Counted from the stretch's first letter, positions 33,960 to 44,715 are shown. The stretch is 64,000 nt of DNA from Candidatus Micrarchaeota archaeon (GCA_027371545.1 DAHXMW010000001.1:9378-73377); one strand, 5' to 3'. A program made the numbers and translations. Notes: a model not told the origin generated them from the letters alone.

Positions 33960-36713
33960 TTAGCTGCTGTTGTATAATATCCTGAATACCTTTGTATCGG
34001 AGTTGGAGTATACCTGCTCCATTCTGGCCACGGTTCCGTTTGTATTCCATTCGCATACATTGTTATTGCAGAAGTAAAGCAGTCTTATAAAGTTGCTCTG
34101 CGCAAGCGCGGTGCCTAGCATAAGCGCTCCTGTCATGTTGCTGAAAGGGGGTTTAATTTCCGGCGGACTGCTTGGGTTCGGAACGCTGGAATAGGTTATC
34201 ATAAACAAATCCCCGTTGGTGTTGTTAAGCGTCTGTTTCAGAATGCTGTAGTTTCCATTGTACTGATTATAGAACGCAACATAAGAAAAAGGCGAGAGGA
34301 CTGTCTGCCCCGACTTGGTAGGCTCAATCACATACGCACCTACCTCGCTCTGATTCGTCACCCTGACAAGTACCTTGTATCCGCTGTTACTTCCAAAGAC
34401 ATAGTCTATGCTGTTGCCGCTAATCGAAGGGCTGAAGTTGTTGAATTGTATATACCCATAATAGCTTTCATTCAGGCTTATATTGGCCTCAGTGTATATC
34501 CCGCTCAATTCGCTAAGCCACGCATATCGTATGAGGAAGTAGTCTGGCCTGCCATTTATGCTGCTCGTTAAGAACTGCGGATCTGGGCTTGCGTTAAGCA
34601 GCCAGGCAGCAAAAGGATCTGCTTTTGAGGCATTCTGCGAACCAACGCTATCCGTAACGCTTATCCTCTGCGCCCATCCCTCTATCACGCTTCCATCCGG
34701 CCAGAGCGTCAGGAATGTGCTATTTGTAGGGGTGTTTGTGCGTATCCAGTTCAATGCACTAAGGAAAGTGGGATTTATAAAATCAGCCTGCGTCACATCT
34801 GAAGAGTACGCTATGTCAAAATAGCCGAGCACGAATATTATCAGCACAACCATAAAAAGGTATTTGCTATTGGCGCTGCTCAAGAAAAGATAAGCATAAA
34901 TGCTTATTGCAAGGGCGATACCAAGAGGTATTATCGCATAAACCAATCCCAGGGTTATCTGTAGCGCATTAAACTGAAACGCTAAGAAAGCAATTGAAAA
35001 TGCGGTAAGCAGAATTGCCCAAAGAATCTTTTTTTCTTTGCTTACATTATCCTTAAACGGTCCGTAAGGAGAGAACAGGAATAGGGCGACCACAGTAAAG
35101 GTTGCAGCGAGAACCAGAGATAGAGAAACTCCTATGCCTGCAAAATTGTAAAGCTCTATTCCTATTCCCAAGCTAGCAAATACCGAAATAAGCCCATCCG
35201 AAAGCGTGTAAAGCCTGCCTCTACGGACAGAATTAACTATCAGCCAATAAATGGCATAAGCGGAGAATATCGCTATTGGGACTGCGACAAGGGAATTGAA
35301 TCTTATTGCATGTATCTGCAGATAAGCAGTTACGATAAAGTACGCGGCAAAGGCCGCAAAAGCTTCACCTGCCTCAAACCTTATCCTTGGTATGCCTGAC
35401 ATAATGCCTTTCCCAGAGTCGTAAATCTGCATAAAGAAGAAAGGTAGCATTGTCACAAGGAGTATTATGAAGTCTATGAAAAAGTATACTGTGGATACGC
35501 TGCACGAAGGAGAATTAAGATTCAGTATGGCAGCAAAGGCCATGAAAATTGATGTAGGATTTGCAAATAAGTTTATTCCAAAACTGTCAAACAGGAAGCT
35601 GAAGCTTGGGGGCTGGAGTTCCTGTATCGTCGCACTGAACTTATTGTTTATTATTGCCCCATTGTCTACGAACACAGAACAGAGGAACGGATGGGCAAAG
35701 ACATCAAGCACTATTATAAAAACTGCGGCTATTACAATTGCATATATGAGTTTGGCTTTGGAAGTATAAAGACCTTCAGTGGCAAGCTTCTTGAAGATGT
35801 CTCGCCGTTCTCCGTAATCAAGACCTAACCACGCAGCAACGGTAACAATCAGTATGGCTACAAAATAGATCCCCGTAAGCGGCTGGACTATTATAAATCC
35901 AAGCGCTTCGTACAGTCTCACAAGGAGCCACCATACTGCAAGGGCAAGTGCCATGTATACTACGCTTGATCTGAGTTTTTTGCTGTCATATACGAATCCC
36001 AAAAGCATTATCAGGAGCATTGCAAGGTAGTAGACCGCTGTGGCGAACGGTGCGCCATTCCACACATAATTGCAGATGCTCAAAAAGATACCTGACATTA
36101 CCGCAAAAAACAGTTTCCTTTTTTGTTTTTCTTCCCTAAAAATCTGCAGGGCAAATACCAGTGACATTATCAGGAATATCGTGATGAATCCGTCACCCCT
36201 GTAAACAAGTGCGTTTGTCCTAGCCGCATCGCCTGAACTAAGCGCAACGAATGCCATTACCAAGAGGCCAAAAAACCTGTCCTTGCTTAGATACCTAGAT
36301 AGCAGATATGCTCCCAATACATCAAAAATACCAAATAATACCGGTATAAGCCTCATTATTGTATAATAATTAATGCCGAAATAGCGCAGCAACATATACG
36401 GGATCAAGGTTACTTCATAAAGGCCATTTGGTTCTATTACCGGAGTGTGCGCTGGCCATCCAGACAGGGCGGAATACTTCGGTATCTGAAAATTATTCGC
36501 TACTGCCTGCCTTATTATTGAATAATGGTAAAATCCATCCGGCTCAAAGAAACCTGTAAGATGATACATGCCTACTCTAAGGTAGACTGTAACCCCAAGT
36601 ATTGCGATTACTCCTATGTAAAAAAGTAGGTTTTTAGTATTAATGGAAGGTAAGTTCCTCTTGCCGCCTGCGGCATCATTATTGTTGGATAATTCTTTTT
36701 CCATCAGAAACAC
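33960..36713 (-). CDS. AglB/STT3-like oligosaccharyltransferase (GT-C fold) with divergent catalytic motif
   Basis: 917 aa. The N-terminal half has about 13+ TM segments with first-loop 'FFEPDGFYHYSIIRQ' (like STT3 'DPDxYYHxR'). The soluble C-terminal part has 'LWPDGSVIEGW' where WWDYGxW is expected, then 'RISVTDSVGSQ' and 'DYFLIRYAW' in AglB-like order. Confidence 0.55.
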   Translation of the reverse strand: MFLMEKELSNNNDAAGGKRNLPSINTKNLLFYIGVIAILGVTVYLRVGMYHLTGFFEPDGFYHYSIIRQAVANNFQIPKYSALSGWPAHTPVIEPNGLYEVTLIPYMLLRYFGINYYTIMRLIPVLFGIFDVLGAYLLSRYLSKDRFFGLLVMAFVALSSGDAARTNALVYRGDGFITIFLIMSLVFALQIFREEKQKRKLFFAVMSGIFLSICNYVWNGAPFATAVYYLAMLLIMLLGFVYDSKKLRSSVVYMALALAVWWLLVRLYEALGFIIVQPLTGIYFVAILIVTVAAWLGLDYGERRDIFKKLATEGLYTSKAKLIYAIVIAAVFIIVLDVFAHPFLCSVFVDNGAIINNKFSATIQELQPPSFSFLFDSFGINLFANPTSIFMAFAAILNLNSPSCSVSTVYFFIDFIILLVTMLPFFFMQIYDSGKGIMSGIPRIRFEAGEAFAAFAAYFIVTAYLQIHAIRFNSLVAVPIAIFSAYAIYWLIVNSVRRGRLYTLSDGLISVFASLGIGIELYNFAGIGVSLSLVLAATFTVVALFLFSPYGPFKDNVSKEKKILWAILLTAFSIAFLAFQFNALQITLGLVYAIIPLGIALAISIYAYLFLSSANSKYLFMVVLIIFVLGYFDIAYSSDVTQADFINPTFLSALNWIRTNTPTNSTFLTLWPDGSVIEGWAQRISVTDSVGSQNASKADPFAAWLLNASPDPQFLTSSINGRPDYFLIRYAWLSELSGIYTEANISLNESYYGYIQFNNFSPSISGNSIDYVFGSNSGYKVLVRVTNQSEVGAYVIEPTKSGQTVLSPFSYVAFYNQYNGNYSILKQTLNNTNGDLFMITYSSVPNPSSPPEIKPPFSNMTGALMLGTALAQSNFIRLLYFCNNNVCEWNTNGTVARMEQVYSNSDTKVFRILYNSS

Positions 36714-36745
36714 AGTAGACAGTTAAGCAGACACCTGATGGTACT

Positions 36746-37969
36746 CTAAGCTCTGATTAAGTTTATAAACGCATCAGTCTGGAAACTGTATATTGCACCT
36801 ACCGTCCATGCCTGCGGGTCGCATGCTCTGGTCTCCATACGCTCCATTCCTATAAGCCTCCCATTAGCATCCACGCCATAATACTCAGGGAAAGTGCCTA
36901 TCTCCCTATAAGCCTTAAGGATGGTTCTTTTTATCCGCTCATATTCTAAGTCAAGCCCAATTCTCCTGAGTCCTTGAGCAATTATCCAGTTATCATGCGG
37001 CCATACGGATCCGTTTTGGTAATTGTAAGGGTTGAAGGTATCAGAGAAAGAGGATTCGGTTCTTATCCCGTATGATGTAAACATATCCTTTTTCAGGAGC
37101 CTTCTTGCGACAGCAATGGCGCTTCCCCTGTCTAATATGCCAGTAAACAGAAGTTGCCCTGGATTGCTGGTAACCGTTTCTACAAGCCTGTCAGAGCCAT
37201 CGAGTGCGATACCATAATAACCCCTCTTATCCGACCAGAATCTACTGATGTTTGATTTTATCTCCGCCGCCATTGTCTCGGTGTCATATTCTTGCCTTGC
37301 CCTATCAATCCCCAGCGCGCTGCGGATAGCGCCAAAATACCTAAATGCCATATACGCATAACCCTGCACCTCTACAACAGCAATCCTTCCTTCAAGGTCT
37401 TCAAGCATATTGCCTATTCCGTCCTTCCAGCTTTGGGATGGTAAGCCTTCATTTGGATTTAATCTGCTGTACCTAAGGAATCCATCATGAAGCCCATAAT
37501 CAGCCATCCATCCAACGGCGCGCTCTATGTTGCCATATATTGACCTTATGAACTCAAGATCGCCTGTCTTATCCAGATATGCACCTGCACCTATTATGAA
37601 CAATGGTGTGCTGTCCACAGAGAAGTATGCAGGCTTGCCGCCATGGAGCCAGCGTATGCCCTTTTTGTATGCCTCAACTGAAGAGCCGCCTGGGAAGAAT
37701 TCGTGCAATATCTTGCCTGGTTCTTCGCCATTCTTAGCGTCTACTTTGGTGCCCTGGAGCTTTGCCAGCGCTTCCAGGGAGTGCTTCAGTATGCCGCTGT
37801 CGTAGCCAAGTAGCTGCATTCCAGATATTATGGAGTCCCTGCCGAATAGCTCCATGAATTTTGGATACCCGGCCCCAAGATAGCCATTTCCAGAGGCAAG
37901 CTTGGAAACTGCGGAATCAACGCTTTCTGCTTTAAATGGATGCTTCCTCAAAGCTGTGTTTGCCTGCAT
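36746..37969 (-). CDS. amylo-alpha-1,6-glucosidase / glycogen-debranching-enzyme C-terminal-domain-like (alpha/alpha)6 glycoside hydrolase
   Basis: 'FGRDSIISGMQLL', 'GEEPGKILHEF', 'YFSVDSTPLF', 'NGSVWPHDNW' motifs. Confidence 0.65.
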   Translation of the reverse strand: MQANTALRKHPFKAESVDSAVSKLASGNGYLGAGYPKFMELFGRDSIISGMQLLGYDSGILKHSLEALAKLQGTKVDAKNGEEPGKILHEFFPGGSSVEAYKKGIRWLHGGKPAYFSVDSTPLFIIGAGAYLDKTGDLEFIRSIYGNIERAVGWMADYGLHDGFLRYSRLNPNEGLPSQSWKDGIGNMLEDLEGRIAVVEVQGYAYMAFRYFGAIRSALGIDRARQEYDTETMAAEIKSNISRFWSDKRGYYGIALDGSDRLVETVTSNPGQLLFTGILDRGSAIAVARRLLKKDMFTSYGIRTESSFSDTFNPYNYQNGSVWPHDNWIIAQGLRRIGLDLEYERIKRTILKAYREIGTFPEYYGVDANGRLIGMERMETRACDPQAWTVGAIYSFQTDAFINLIRA

Positions 37970-37973
37970 AAAA

Positions 37974-39239
37974 TTACCGTATTATTACCTTGTCAGATAC
38001 GTCTACTATGCGGTCTATCCCGTATACTATGGGATTTCCGAAGCTTGTATTTATCACAAGCCTGCCATTCTTCACATCGACACTTGCGACCTTCCCTATT
38101 AGGGCGCCAAGCTCATTTATCACTTCCTTGTCCTTAAACCTCCTCTTTCTAAGTTCCCTTCTCTTTATGAGGTTTAGGGATGAGGCTATCGCCGCTTCTA
38201 TTATGACACCTATTACAATGTAATCCACAAGCTGACTGAAGTATATCTGCCCTATTATCCAAGCTATGAAAGAGTACGTAAGTATCCAGAATACTGCCGC
38301 AGCGCCCATGTAAGAACCATACTTGAGGCTCTTGAAATAGTATTTGGTCCTGCGCATGTCGATGAACCTGCCTACTATATATAGAGAGAGTATTATCGGG
38401 ACTATGAGCATGAATCCCTCTATCCCGTAGGAGATGGCCAGGAAACTATCTGCAGTTATCTTTAGCTCCTGAGCATAGCTTCCAACTCCGACGAAGATTG
38501 CAGAGACGAGAAAAAGCAGGGATCCCAAGTAAAACACGAAGCTGCTCCGTTCCGCGCTGAAACCGAATCCCCTAAAGGAATTTATCAGCATATCCTCAAA
38601 TCCGAAGCCCTTTACCATAAGATATGCGCCTATTATTATTACCGGAGGAATCCATCCGGCGCCAAGTAAGAAGCTCAGGGCCACCAACAGAAACAATATT
38701 CCCGGGAGCCCGAAGACTATCTTCGCGTAATGCGGTTCCTTCAGCTTCTCAAGTATTGTGAAATAAGCATTTTCTATATTCTCCGCCTGCTTTACCTTTA
38801 CCACGCGCACGCCGTTTATCTTTATCCGGGATTCTACTATGGGGAGAACCCTGTCATCACTTGCGCCGTCGGTTACGAATATGCATGCATCGGCCTTGTA
38901 CTGTCCAAGAACTATATCAAGCTGCCTGGCTATCTCCTTGTCTGCATCATATCCCTCCCTCTCGCTTCCGGTTATTGTTGCGATCTCCACTTCGTAGTCC
39001 TTCTCCTTAAGCGAATCGTAGAGTTTGACTGAATAAAACATCGCATTTCCGTCAGTATCCTGAGGATCGGCAAGCGCGAACTGCGAAGCTGCGCTGAGGT
39101 TCTGCACCCTTCCCAACAAGGGCCCGCTTATACCTGTCTTCCTATATAAATCGTTGTCTATATCCACTCCCAATATCAGCAGCCGCTCATCTTTGTTCTT
39201 GAAATTTGGCTCGCTTTTTTTGACAGGCATCAAAATCAT
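37974..39239 (-). CDS. archaeal membrane protein, DUF373-like
   Basis: Soluble N-terminal domain 'LILGVDIDNDLYRKTGISGPLLGR...ALADPQDTDGN', then about 6 TM segments and a small C-terminal domain. Family assigned from memory only. Confidence 0.4.
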   Translation of the reverse strand: MILMPVKKSEPNFKNKDERLLILGVDIDNDLYRKTGISGPLLGRVQNLSAASQFALADPQDTDGNAMFYSVKLYDSLKEKDYEVEIATITGSEREGYDADKEIARQLDIVLGQYKADACIFVTDGASDDRVLPIVESRIKINGVRVVKVKQAENIENAYFTILEKLKEPHYAKIVFGLPGILFLLVALSFLLGAGWIPPVIIIGAYLMVKGFGFEDMLINSFRGFGFSAERSSFVFYLGSLLFLVSAIFVGVGSYAQELKITADSFLAISYGIEGFMLIVPIILSLYIVGRFIDMRRTKYYFKSLKYGSYMGAAAVFWILTYSFIAWIIGQIYFSQLVDYIVIGVIIEAAIASSLNLIKRRELRKRRFKDKEVINELGALIGKVASVDVKNGRLVINTSFGNPIVYGIDRIVDVSDKVIIR

Positions 39240-39354
39240 TACTCAGGCAACCTATATTATTTTTATGCATGGCGCTGTAGATAAGCGAAAAATGCGGAAA
39301 ACTGGGTTTCTTATATGTTTATAATTTTTTGTTCTGATACCATATAAGATAGAA

Positions 39355-39711
39355 ATGCTTCTTGGTATAAAGCGGATATACGACAAGGCGGAAATAACCG
39401 AAGGCAAGAGGGTCCTTGTCGATAGGCTGTGGCCTAGGGGCGTAAAGCGCAGCACATCAAATATAGATGTCTGGCTTAAGGATGTAGCTCCGAGCACAGA
39501 ACTTAGAGAATGGTTCTCCCACGATCCTGAAAAGTGGGAAGAATTCAAGGAGCGGTACAGAAAAGAGCTCAAGGACAACAAGGCATTCGACGAACTGGTT
39601 AAGATGGCGAGAGAGGGTGACATAACCCTTATATATTCGTCTAAGGATGAGAAGCACAACAACGCCGAGGTCCTGCAGGAAGAGATACAAAAAGCGCTCA
39701 GCCACTCTTAA
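39355..39711 (+). CDS. DUF488 (YeaO-like) family protein
   Basis: 'KRIYDKAEITEGKRVLVDRLWPRGVKR...DVWLKDVAPSTELREWFSHDPEKWEEFKERY'. Confidence 0.75.
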   Translation: MLLGIKRIYDKAEITEGKRVLVDRLWPRGVKRSTSNIDVWLKDVAPSTELREWFSHDPEKWEEFKERYRKELKDNKAFDELVKMAREGDITLIYSSKDEKHNNAEVLQEEIQKALSHS

Positions 39712-40996
39712 GGTCCTCCATATTTGCAACTGCAAGGGGAATCAGCATCTCCTCCTTCGACATGCCACCATGATGGCCCCTGAAGGAAACCTTCCGCATG
39801 CCATTCTCCTTATGCATATACCAAACCATATTATTCTTCCGTGGCAGCGCCAGAACATCGCCAACCCTTGTTCTAAACTCTGTCTCAGGATTCCTGCCTC
39901 CAAAAAGCCCTTCGCCTATGGCATAATCCATGTCAACGAATTCCGCATCCTTTCCTAACTCTGATTTAAGATCATCTATTGTTTTTTCCTTCATGTCCTC
40001 CTTTATGTAAAGAAACATATCTCGCGGGCTTCCTGCCGGGGAGAGCCTCGTCCCATCCTTCTTCAGCCTGAAAGCGCTCTCAAGCCTCTTCTTGCCATTG
40101 AGGTATATTACTCTAGATGGGTCAACATCTATCTGACCGTGGTCCGCTGTTATGACTATCCTTGTCCTGCGCGCGTGCCTAGCCTCTGTCCGCTCCACAA
40201 GTCTCTTCATTGCAAAAGAGAAAAGCGCTATCTCGTTTTTCGCCTGGATTGACGAAGGCCCGTACTTGTGCTCTGCATCGTCTATGCCTGACCAATATAT
40301 GTAAAAGTATGATTTTCCGCTGGCCTTGCGTATGCCGTCCTCTATATTGGCAAGCATCTCTCCGAGTGATGAGTGTGGCATTATATCTGCCCCTTCAAAG
40401 AGTCTCTTAGAGTATACGCTTTTGCAGACTGCGGCCTTGAGCAGCGCATGGCTTTCTATTCCTTCTTCAGCGAATAGCTTTGAGAATGGTTTCCCCTTGA
40501 AGAGTTGCGATCCACTTATCTTTCCAGCAAGCTCATCAGGCTGTTCGGCGCCAAGTTTCCTGAAAGGCAGGGTCTCTATTATAGAGTCTGCCTTCTCCAT
40601 GTATATATTCCATTCGGCAAGAAGATGCTCGGAAGGGAGGAGGCCCGTGCTTACGGTAGTCAGCGCTGCTGCTGTTGTCGAAGGGAATACGCTGGTAAGC
40701 GGGCATACAAAGCCATTCCTATTCACCGAATCCACGAAAGGCTCACTGCCTGCTTCTCTCCAGCTTCTATAACCGAATCCGTCCACAAGGAAAAAAAGAA
40801 CAATCTCCGTTTCCTCCCCAATTCCGCTCTTGCTAATTATGTCGCTAGGAAGCTTCCTATGCTCGTATCCGCTTCCTAGGGACTGCGCAACAGTTGGCAT
40901 TACATTTGAAAGGCAGTAGCCGTCATAATCAGGCCTTACGAAATCGCCGAGGAATCTACTCTTAAGTATCTTATCCTCAGGCTTCTCGTATATCAC
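39698..40996 (-). CDS. alkaline-phosphatase-superfamily enzyme (type I phosphodiesterase/nucleotide pyrophosphatase-like)
   Basis: 'FFLVDGFGYRSW', 'TSVFPSTTAAALTTVSTGLLPSEH', 'ITADHGQ', 'GHHGGMSKEEMLIPL'. Confidence 0.65.
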   Translation of the reverse strand: MIYEKPEDKILKSRFLGDFVRPDYDGYCLSNVMPTVAQSLGSGYEHRKLPSDIISKSGIGEETEIVLFFLVDGFGYRSWREAGSEPFVDSVNRNGFVCPLTSVFPSTTAAALTTVSTGLLPSEHLLAEWNIYMEKADSIIETLPFRKLGAEQPDELAGKISGSQLFKGKPFSKLFAEEGIESHALLKAAVCKSVYSKRLFEGADIMPHSSLGEMLANIEDGIRKASGKSYFYIYWSGIDDAEHKYGPSSIQAKNEIALFSFAMKRLVERTEARHARRTRIVITADHGQIDVDPSRVIYLNGKKRLESAFRLKKDGTRLSPAGSPRDMFLYIKEDMKEKTIDDLKSELGKDAEFVDMDYAIGEGLFGGRNPETEFRTRVGDVLALPRKNNMVWYMHKENGMRKVSFRGHHGGMSKEEMLIPLAVANMEDLKSG

Positions 40997-41044
40997 TCAA
41001 CCAACCTTGGAAACCAATCCGCAGCAGCTTCCGAAGAGAGCGCG

Positions 41045-41605
41045 TCATACGACTATCTTTCGCGCTTCAAACTTGCTTATCTGTGCGATGTTCTTTATCG
41101 CATTTACCCCGTCAGCCTGGAAGCTATTGTCGAGTGCTGCTTTTATGAATTCCTCAAGCGTGACTTTTGATGCGTACTCCGCAAAGAAAGCATCAAGAGC
41201 TTTTCTCATTGCTGTTTTCTTTGTAGTGGCTACCTTATTCCTTGTAACTATCATTGCTTTGAGCGTGAATGCCTTTCCCTCCTTATCCTTAAGCTGCTTT
41301 GTAATGTAAACAACGCTGGTATGTCTCCTTACAAGCGAATGCACGTATCCGTAGGTCTCTTCAAGGAACCCCAATTCCGTGTTTGCAGAGCTGCCGCTCG
41401 CCTTAGTAACCCTAAGGCCTACCACGAAGAAAGAGTGCTCCGGCTTGTTGGTAAGCCAGGACAAATTCACCTTTATCATCCTTCCGCCTACTAGCTTTTC
41501 ATCGTCGGCAGGTATCTCGCCTATGACATTCTCTCCAAAAAGCTTTGGGGAATAGACATTGAACCATTTCTTGTTCTTCCATTTTTCAGCAGATTTCTGA
41601 GCCAT
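41045..41605 (-). CDS. rps3ae: 30S ribosomal protein S3Ae (eS1)
   Basis: 'KNKKWFNVYSPKLFGENVIGEIPADD', 'GRMIKVNLSWLT'. Confidence 0.9.
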   Translation of the reverse strand: MAQKSAEKWKNKKWFNVYSPKLFGENVIGEIPADDEKLVGGRMIKVNLSWLTNKPEHSFFVVGLRVTKASGSSANTELGFLEETYGYVHSLVRRHTSVVYITKQLKDKEGKAFTLKAMIVTRNKVATTKKTAMRKALDAFFAEYASKVTLEEFIKAALDNSFQADGVNAIKNIAQISKFEARKIVV

Positions 41606-41609
41606 CTAA

Positions 41610-42068
41610 TCAGTCACTCTTTATAAGCAGTGCAACCTTATCGGGTTCGTATTTCCAGTCAGAAGGGAGGTCACCAATCCTCTTGTAATATTTGGAAAGC
41701 CTCCATATCTTCGCTTCTATCCTGTTTAGCCTTGTCTTGTTGTGTACGTCATTGTGGTTCGTCTTAAGGTGATTTCTCAGCCCTACAGCTCTCTTGAGCA
41801 GGTCCATGAAATCCTGCGGCAACTCTGCCTTCTCATCCACATCAGCGAGTATCTCCTTGAGTCGCTTTCCGGTAGCGCTCTTAACATAAGGCACTCCGTG
41901 CTTCTCCTTCAATACCTGGCCTATCATGGCGTGATGCATTCCTTGTTTTGCGTACTCCTTCACGAGCTTGCGTATCTCCTTCTCGTCTATCTGGGCTTCC
42001 GCGGTAGTTGCAGAAAAGACCTTTCTTGACTTTGATTTACCCTTCTTCCTTGTATGCATTCTAGCCAA
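41610..42068 (-). CDS. rps15: 30S ribosomal protein S15 (uS15/S13e)
   Basis: 'MARMHTRKKGKSKS', 'DFMDLLKRAVGLRNHLKTNHNDVHNKTRLNRIEAKIWRLSKYY'. Confidence 0.9.
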   Translation of the reverse strand: MARMHTRKKGKSKSRKVFSATTAEAQIDEKEIRKLVKEYAKQGMHHAMIGQVLKEKHGVPYVKSATGKRLKEILADVDEKAELPQDFMDLLKRAVGLRNHLKTNHNDVHNKTRLNRIEAKIWRLSKYYKRIGDLPSDWKYEPDKVALLIKSD

Positions 42069-42185
42069 TATAACACCAAAACTAACGTAGCAGCTAATGA
42101 TTACTAAATTATACAGATATTTAATACAGATAATATTAAAAGCCTTGCTGACATGAATCCGCGCCTGCAGAATATCGCAAAAAGC

Positions 42186-44555
42186 TCAGGGATGCAGGCT
42201 TATGCGTATCCCAAGCTCCTCTATCTTCTCCGAGCCTTCTCCAACCGAGATGTAAGATATATTCATAGCTCCTTTTATGTCTTCCTCGCCATCGCCTATC
42301 TTCTCACTCACTACAAGCTCCTTCACCTGCGCGTTGAGGGCCATCTTCATGTTATGTTTCAGTATCCTTACCGATTCCAGCACCTTTGCTATTTTCCATC
42401 CGTGCTCCAAAGCTTCCTTGTCATACGCGAACTCTGCAGATACCGGCCATTTAGATACGTGTATTGAAGCACAGCCATCAACCTTGGAATATCTCCTTAT
42501 ATATATCTCGTCAGTTACGTACGGCATGAACGGGGCAAGCATCTTTAGAACTGCGAGAAATATGCTGTCAAGATGCCGCCTTACGGACGCATCACTGCCA
42601 TACACTCTATACTTGACAAATTCCAAATAGTCATCGCAGAAAATCCAGAAGAATCTCTCCACTTCCCTCCTCGCAGCATAATAATCATACTGCTCGAACA
42701 GGGATGTGGCTTTCTCTATAGTTGCACTGCATAGGGAGAGTATCCATCTGTCCACAGCGTTCTTCCCTGCGCCTTCTTTTGCATCTGACGCTTCAGGATA
42801 GTTCATTGTTATGAAATTATTGACGTTCCATAGCTTGTTGATGAGCTTTGAACCTGCGACGAGTTCCTTCTCTTGGAAAGAAGCATCGCTTCCCGGTGAG
42901 GATGAGCTCGCCCACCATCTAAGTGCGTCAGCACCATACTTCTCGATTACTACCTTTGGCTCTACTATATTCCCAACAGATTTATGCATTGGTGCTCCCT
43001 TCGAGTCAAGCCCGTGCCCTGAGATAAGGGCGCTCTTCCACGGCAGCTTTCCCGTATGCAGGTAACTTTTTACTATCGTGGTGAAAAGCCAGAACGATAT
43101 TATATCGTGTGCCTGCGGCCTGAGGTCCATCGGGAAGATGCGCTCAAAGAGCGCGTTGTCCGTCTTCCACCTGGCATTTATCATAGGGGTAAGCGAGGAT
43201 GTCGCCCACGTGTCCATTATATCGGTCTCAGGTTCGAACGAGTCGCTTCCGCAAGCACATCTCTTTCCAGGCTGCTGCTCCAGCGGATTTACCGGAAGGG
43301 TATCAATATCGGCAAATATAGGCTCGCCGCATTCTTTGCAGTACCATACGGGAAACGGAACGCCATAGTAGCGCTGCCTAGATATGGACCAGTCCCACTG
43401 GAGCCCTGAGACCCAGTTCCTGTACCTCACTTTCATATACTCGGGATGCCAGTCCAGCTCTTCTCCAAGCTCTATAAGCTTATCCTTAAGATCAAGATAT
43501 CGTATATACCACTGCTTCTTTACAAGAAACTCTATCTCTGTGTTGCACCGCTCATGAACATTGACCGTGTGGACTATCTCCTTCTCATCCAGGACGAGCC
43601 CTTTCTCTTTAAGCTCCTTTACTATTTCCTCTCTTGCTTCGCGTATCTTCATGCCCTTATACTTTCCCAGGAGCATCCTTCCATCTTCGTCTATTGCAAT
43701 CCTGAGCTCAAGGTTGTAAGCCTTATACCATTCTATATCCGTGAGGTCACCGAATGTGCAACACATAACTACTCCAGTGCCCTTTTCAGGATCAACTCTC
43801 CTGTCCCCTATCACCTTTACCTTGTTTCCAAAAAGCGGGACAGTTACGTCCATGCCTATCTTTCCAGAGTTCTTTTCGTCTTTATCATTTACCATCACCG
43901 CCACGCATGCCGGGAGCAGCTCCGGCCTGGTTGTTGCTATCCGTATGCCATCAGAGAACTGTATCGTTATAAACTTGGACTTGAAGTCCATATCCTTAAG
44001 CTCCATCTGGGATATTGCAGTCTTGCACTTAGGGCACCATATCGAAGGGCTTTCCTTCCTATACGCTCGTTTTTCATTCGCAAGCATCAGGAATGAGAGC
44101 TGCGATATCCTCTGCACATCCTTACTTATTGTTGAATATCTGAGGGACCAGTCGACTGATATTCCTATCTGCGTCCATGTATTTCTGTACATCTCCTCAT
44201 ACTTCTTTGTCTCCTCCTCTACAAGCCTTGAGAACTTCTCCCTGCCCATCTCTTCTGCAGTTGTCTTGTAATTCTTTTCCACAAGCATTTCCGTGGGTAT
44301 CCCATTGTTGTCGAAGCCGAAAGGGTAAAAGACGTTATAACCGCGCATCCTCTTGTACCTGGCAACGAAGTCAGCCTGCGAGTATGAGTAAGCATGCCCT
44401 ACATGTATCAATCCGGATATTGTTGGTGGCGGCGTGTCTATTGCGTATACCTTGGCGTTGCTGCTTCGCACAAACTTATACACGCCATTGCGCTCCCACA
44501 ACTCGGCAAGCCTGGCTTCAACTTCCTTAAAATCATACTTTCCGCCCATAGGCAC
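42186..44555 (-). CDS. valS: valine--tRNA ligase
   Basis: 'IDTPPPTISGLIHVGHAYSYSQADFVARYKRMRGYNVFYPFGFDNNGIPTE' (HIGH region, archaeal ValRS pattern). KMSKS-equivalent 'PMHKSVGN'. Confidence 0.8.
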   Translation of the reverse strand: MPMGGKYDFKEVEARLAELWERNGVYKFVRSSNAKVYAIDTPPPTISGLIHVGHAYSYSQADFVARYKRMRGYNVFYPFGFDNNGIPTEMLVEKNYKTTAEEMGREKFSRLVEEETKKYEEMYRNTWTQIGISVDWSLRYSTISKDVQRISQLSFLMLANEKRAYRKESPSIWCPKCKTAISQMELKDMDFKSKFITIQFSDGIRIATTRPELLPACVAVMVNDKDEKNSGKIGMDVTVPLFGNKVKVIGDRRVDPEKGTGVVMCCTFGDLTDIEWYKAYNLELRIAIDEDGRMLLGKYKGMKIREAREEIVKELKEKGLVLDEKEIVHTVNVHERCNTEIEFLVKKQWYIRYLDLKDKLIELGEELDWHPEYMKVRYRNWVSGLQWDWSISRQRYYGVPFPVWYCKECGEPIFADIDTLPVNPLEQQPGKRCACGSDSFEPETDIMDTWATSSLTPMINARWKTDNALFERIFPMDLRPQAHDIISFWLFTTIVKSYLHTGKLPWKSALISGHGLDSKGAPMHKSVGNIVEPKVVIEKYGADALRWWASSSSPGSDASFQEKELVAGSKLINKLWNVNNFITMNYPEASDAKEGAGKNAVDRWILSLCSATIEKATSLFEQYDYYAARREVERFFWIFCDDYLEFVKYRVYGSDASVRRHLDSIFLAVLKMLAPFMPYVTDEIYIRRYSKVDGCASIHVSKWPVSAEFAYDKEALEHGWKIAKVLESVRILKHNMKMALNAQVKELVVSEKIGDGEEDIKGAMNISYISVGEGSEKIEELGIRISLHP

Positions 44556-44715
44556 AAACCATCAAAGCAAGCTGTGCGCTTTTTCCGAACAAGCAGCACC
44601 AAACTAATCTTCAAGGCTTGCTAATATATTCCTTTCCTTACATGAAAACCAGATACGCCGTAAATACTTATCTCAATCAATATTAATCTTATCTTTGCAT
44701 ATCAGAACGAACAAG

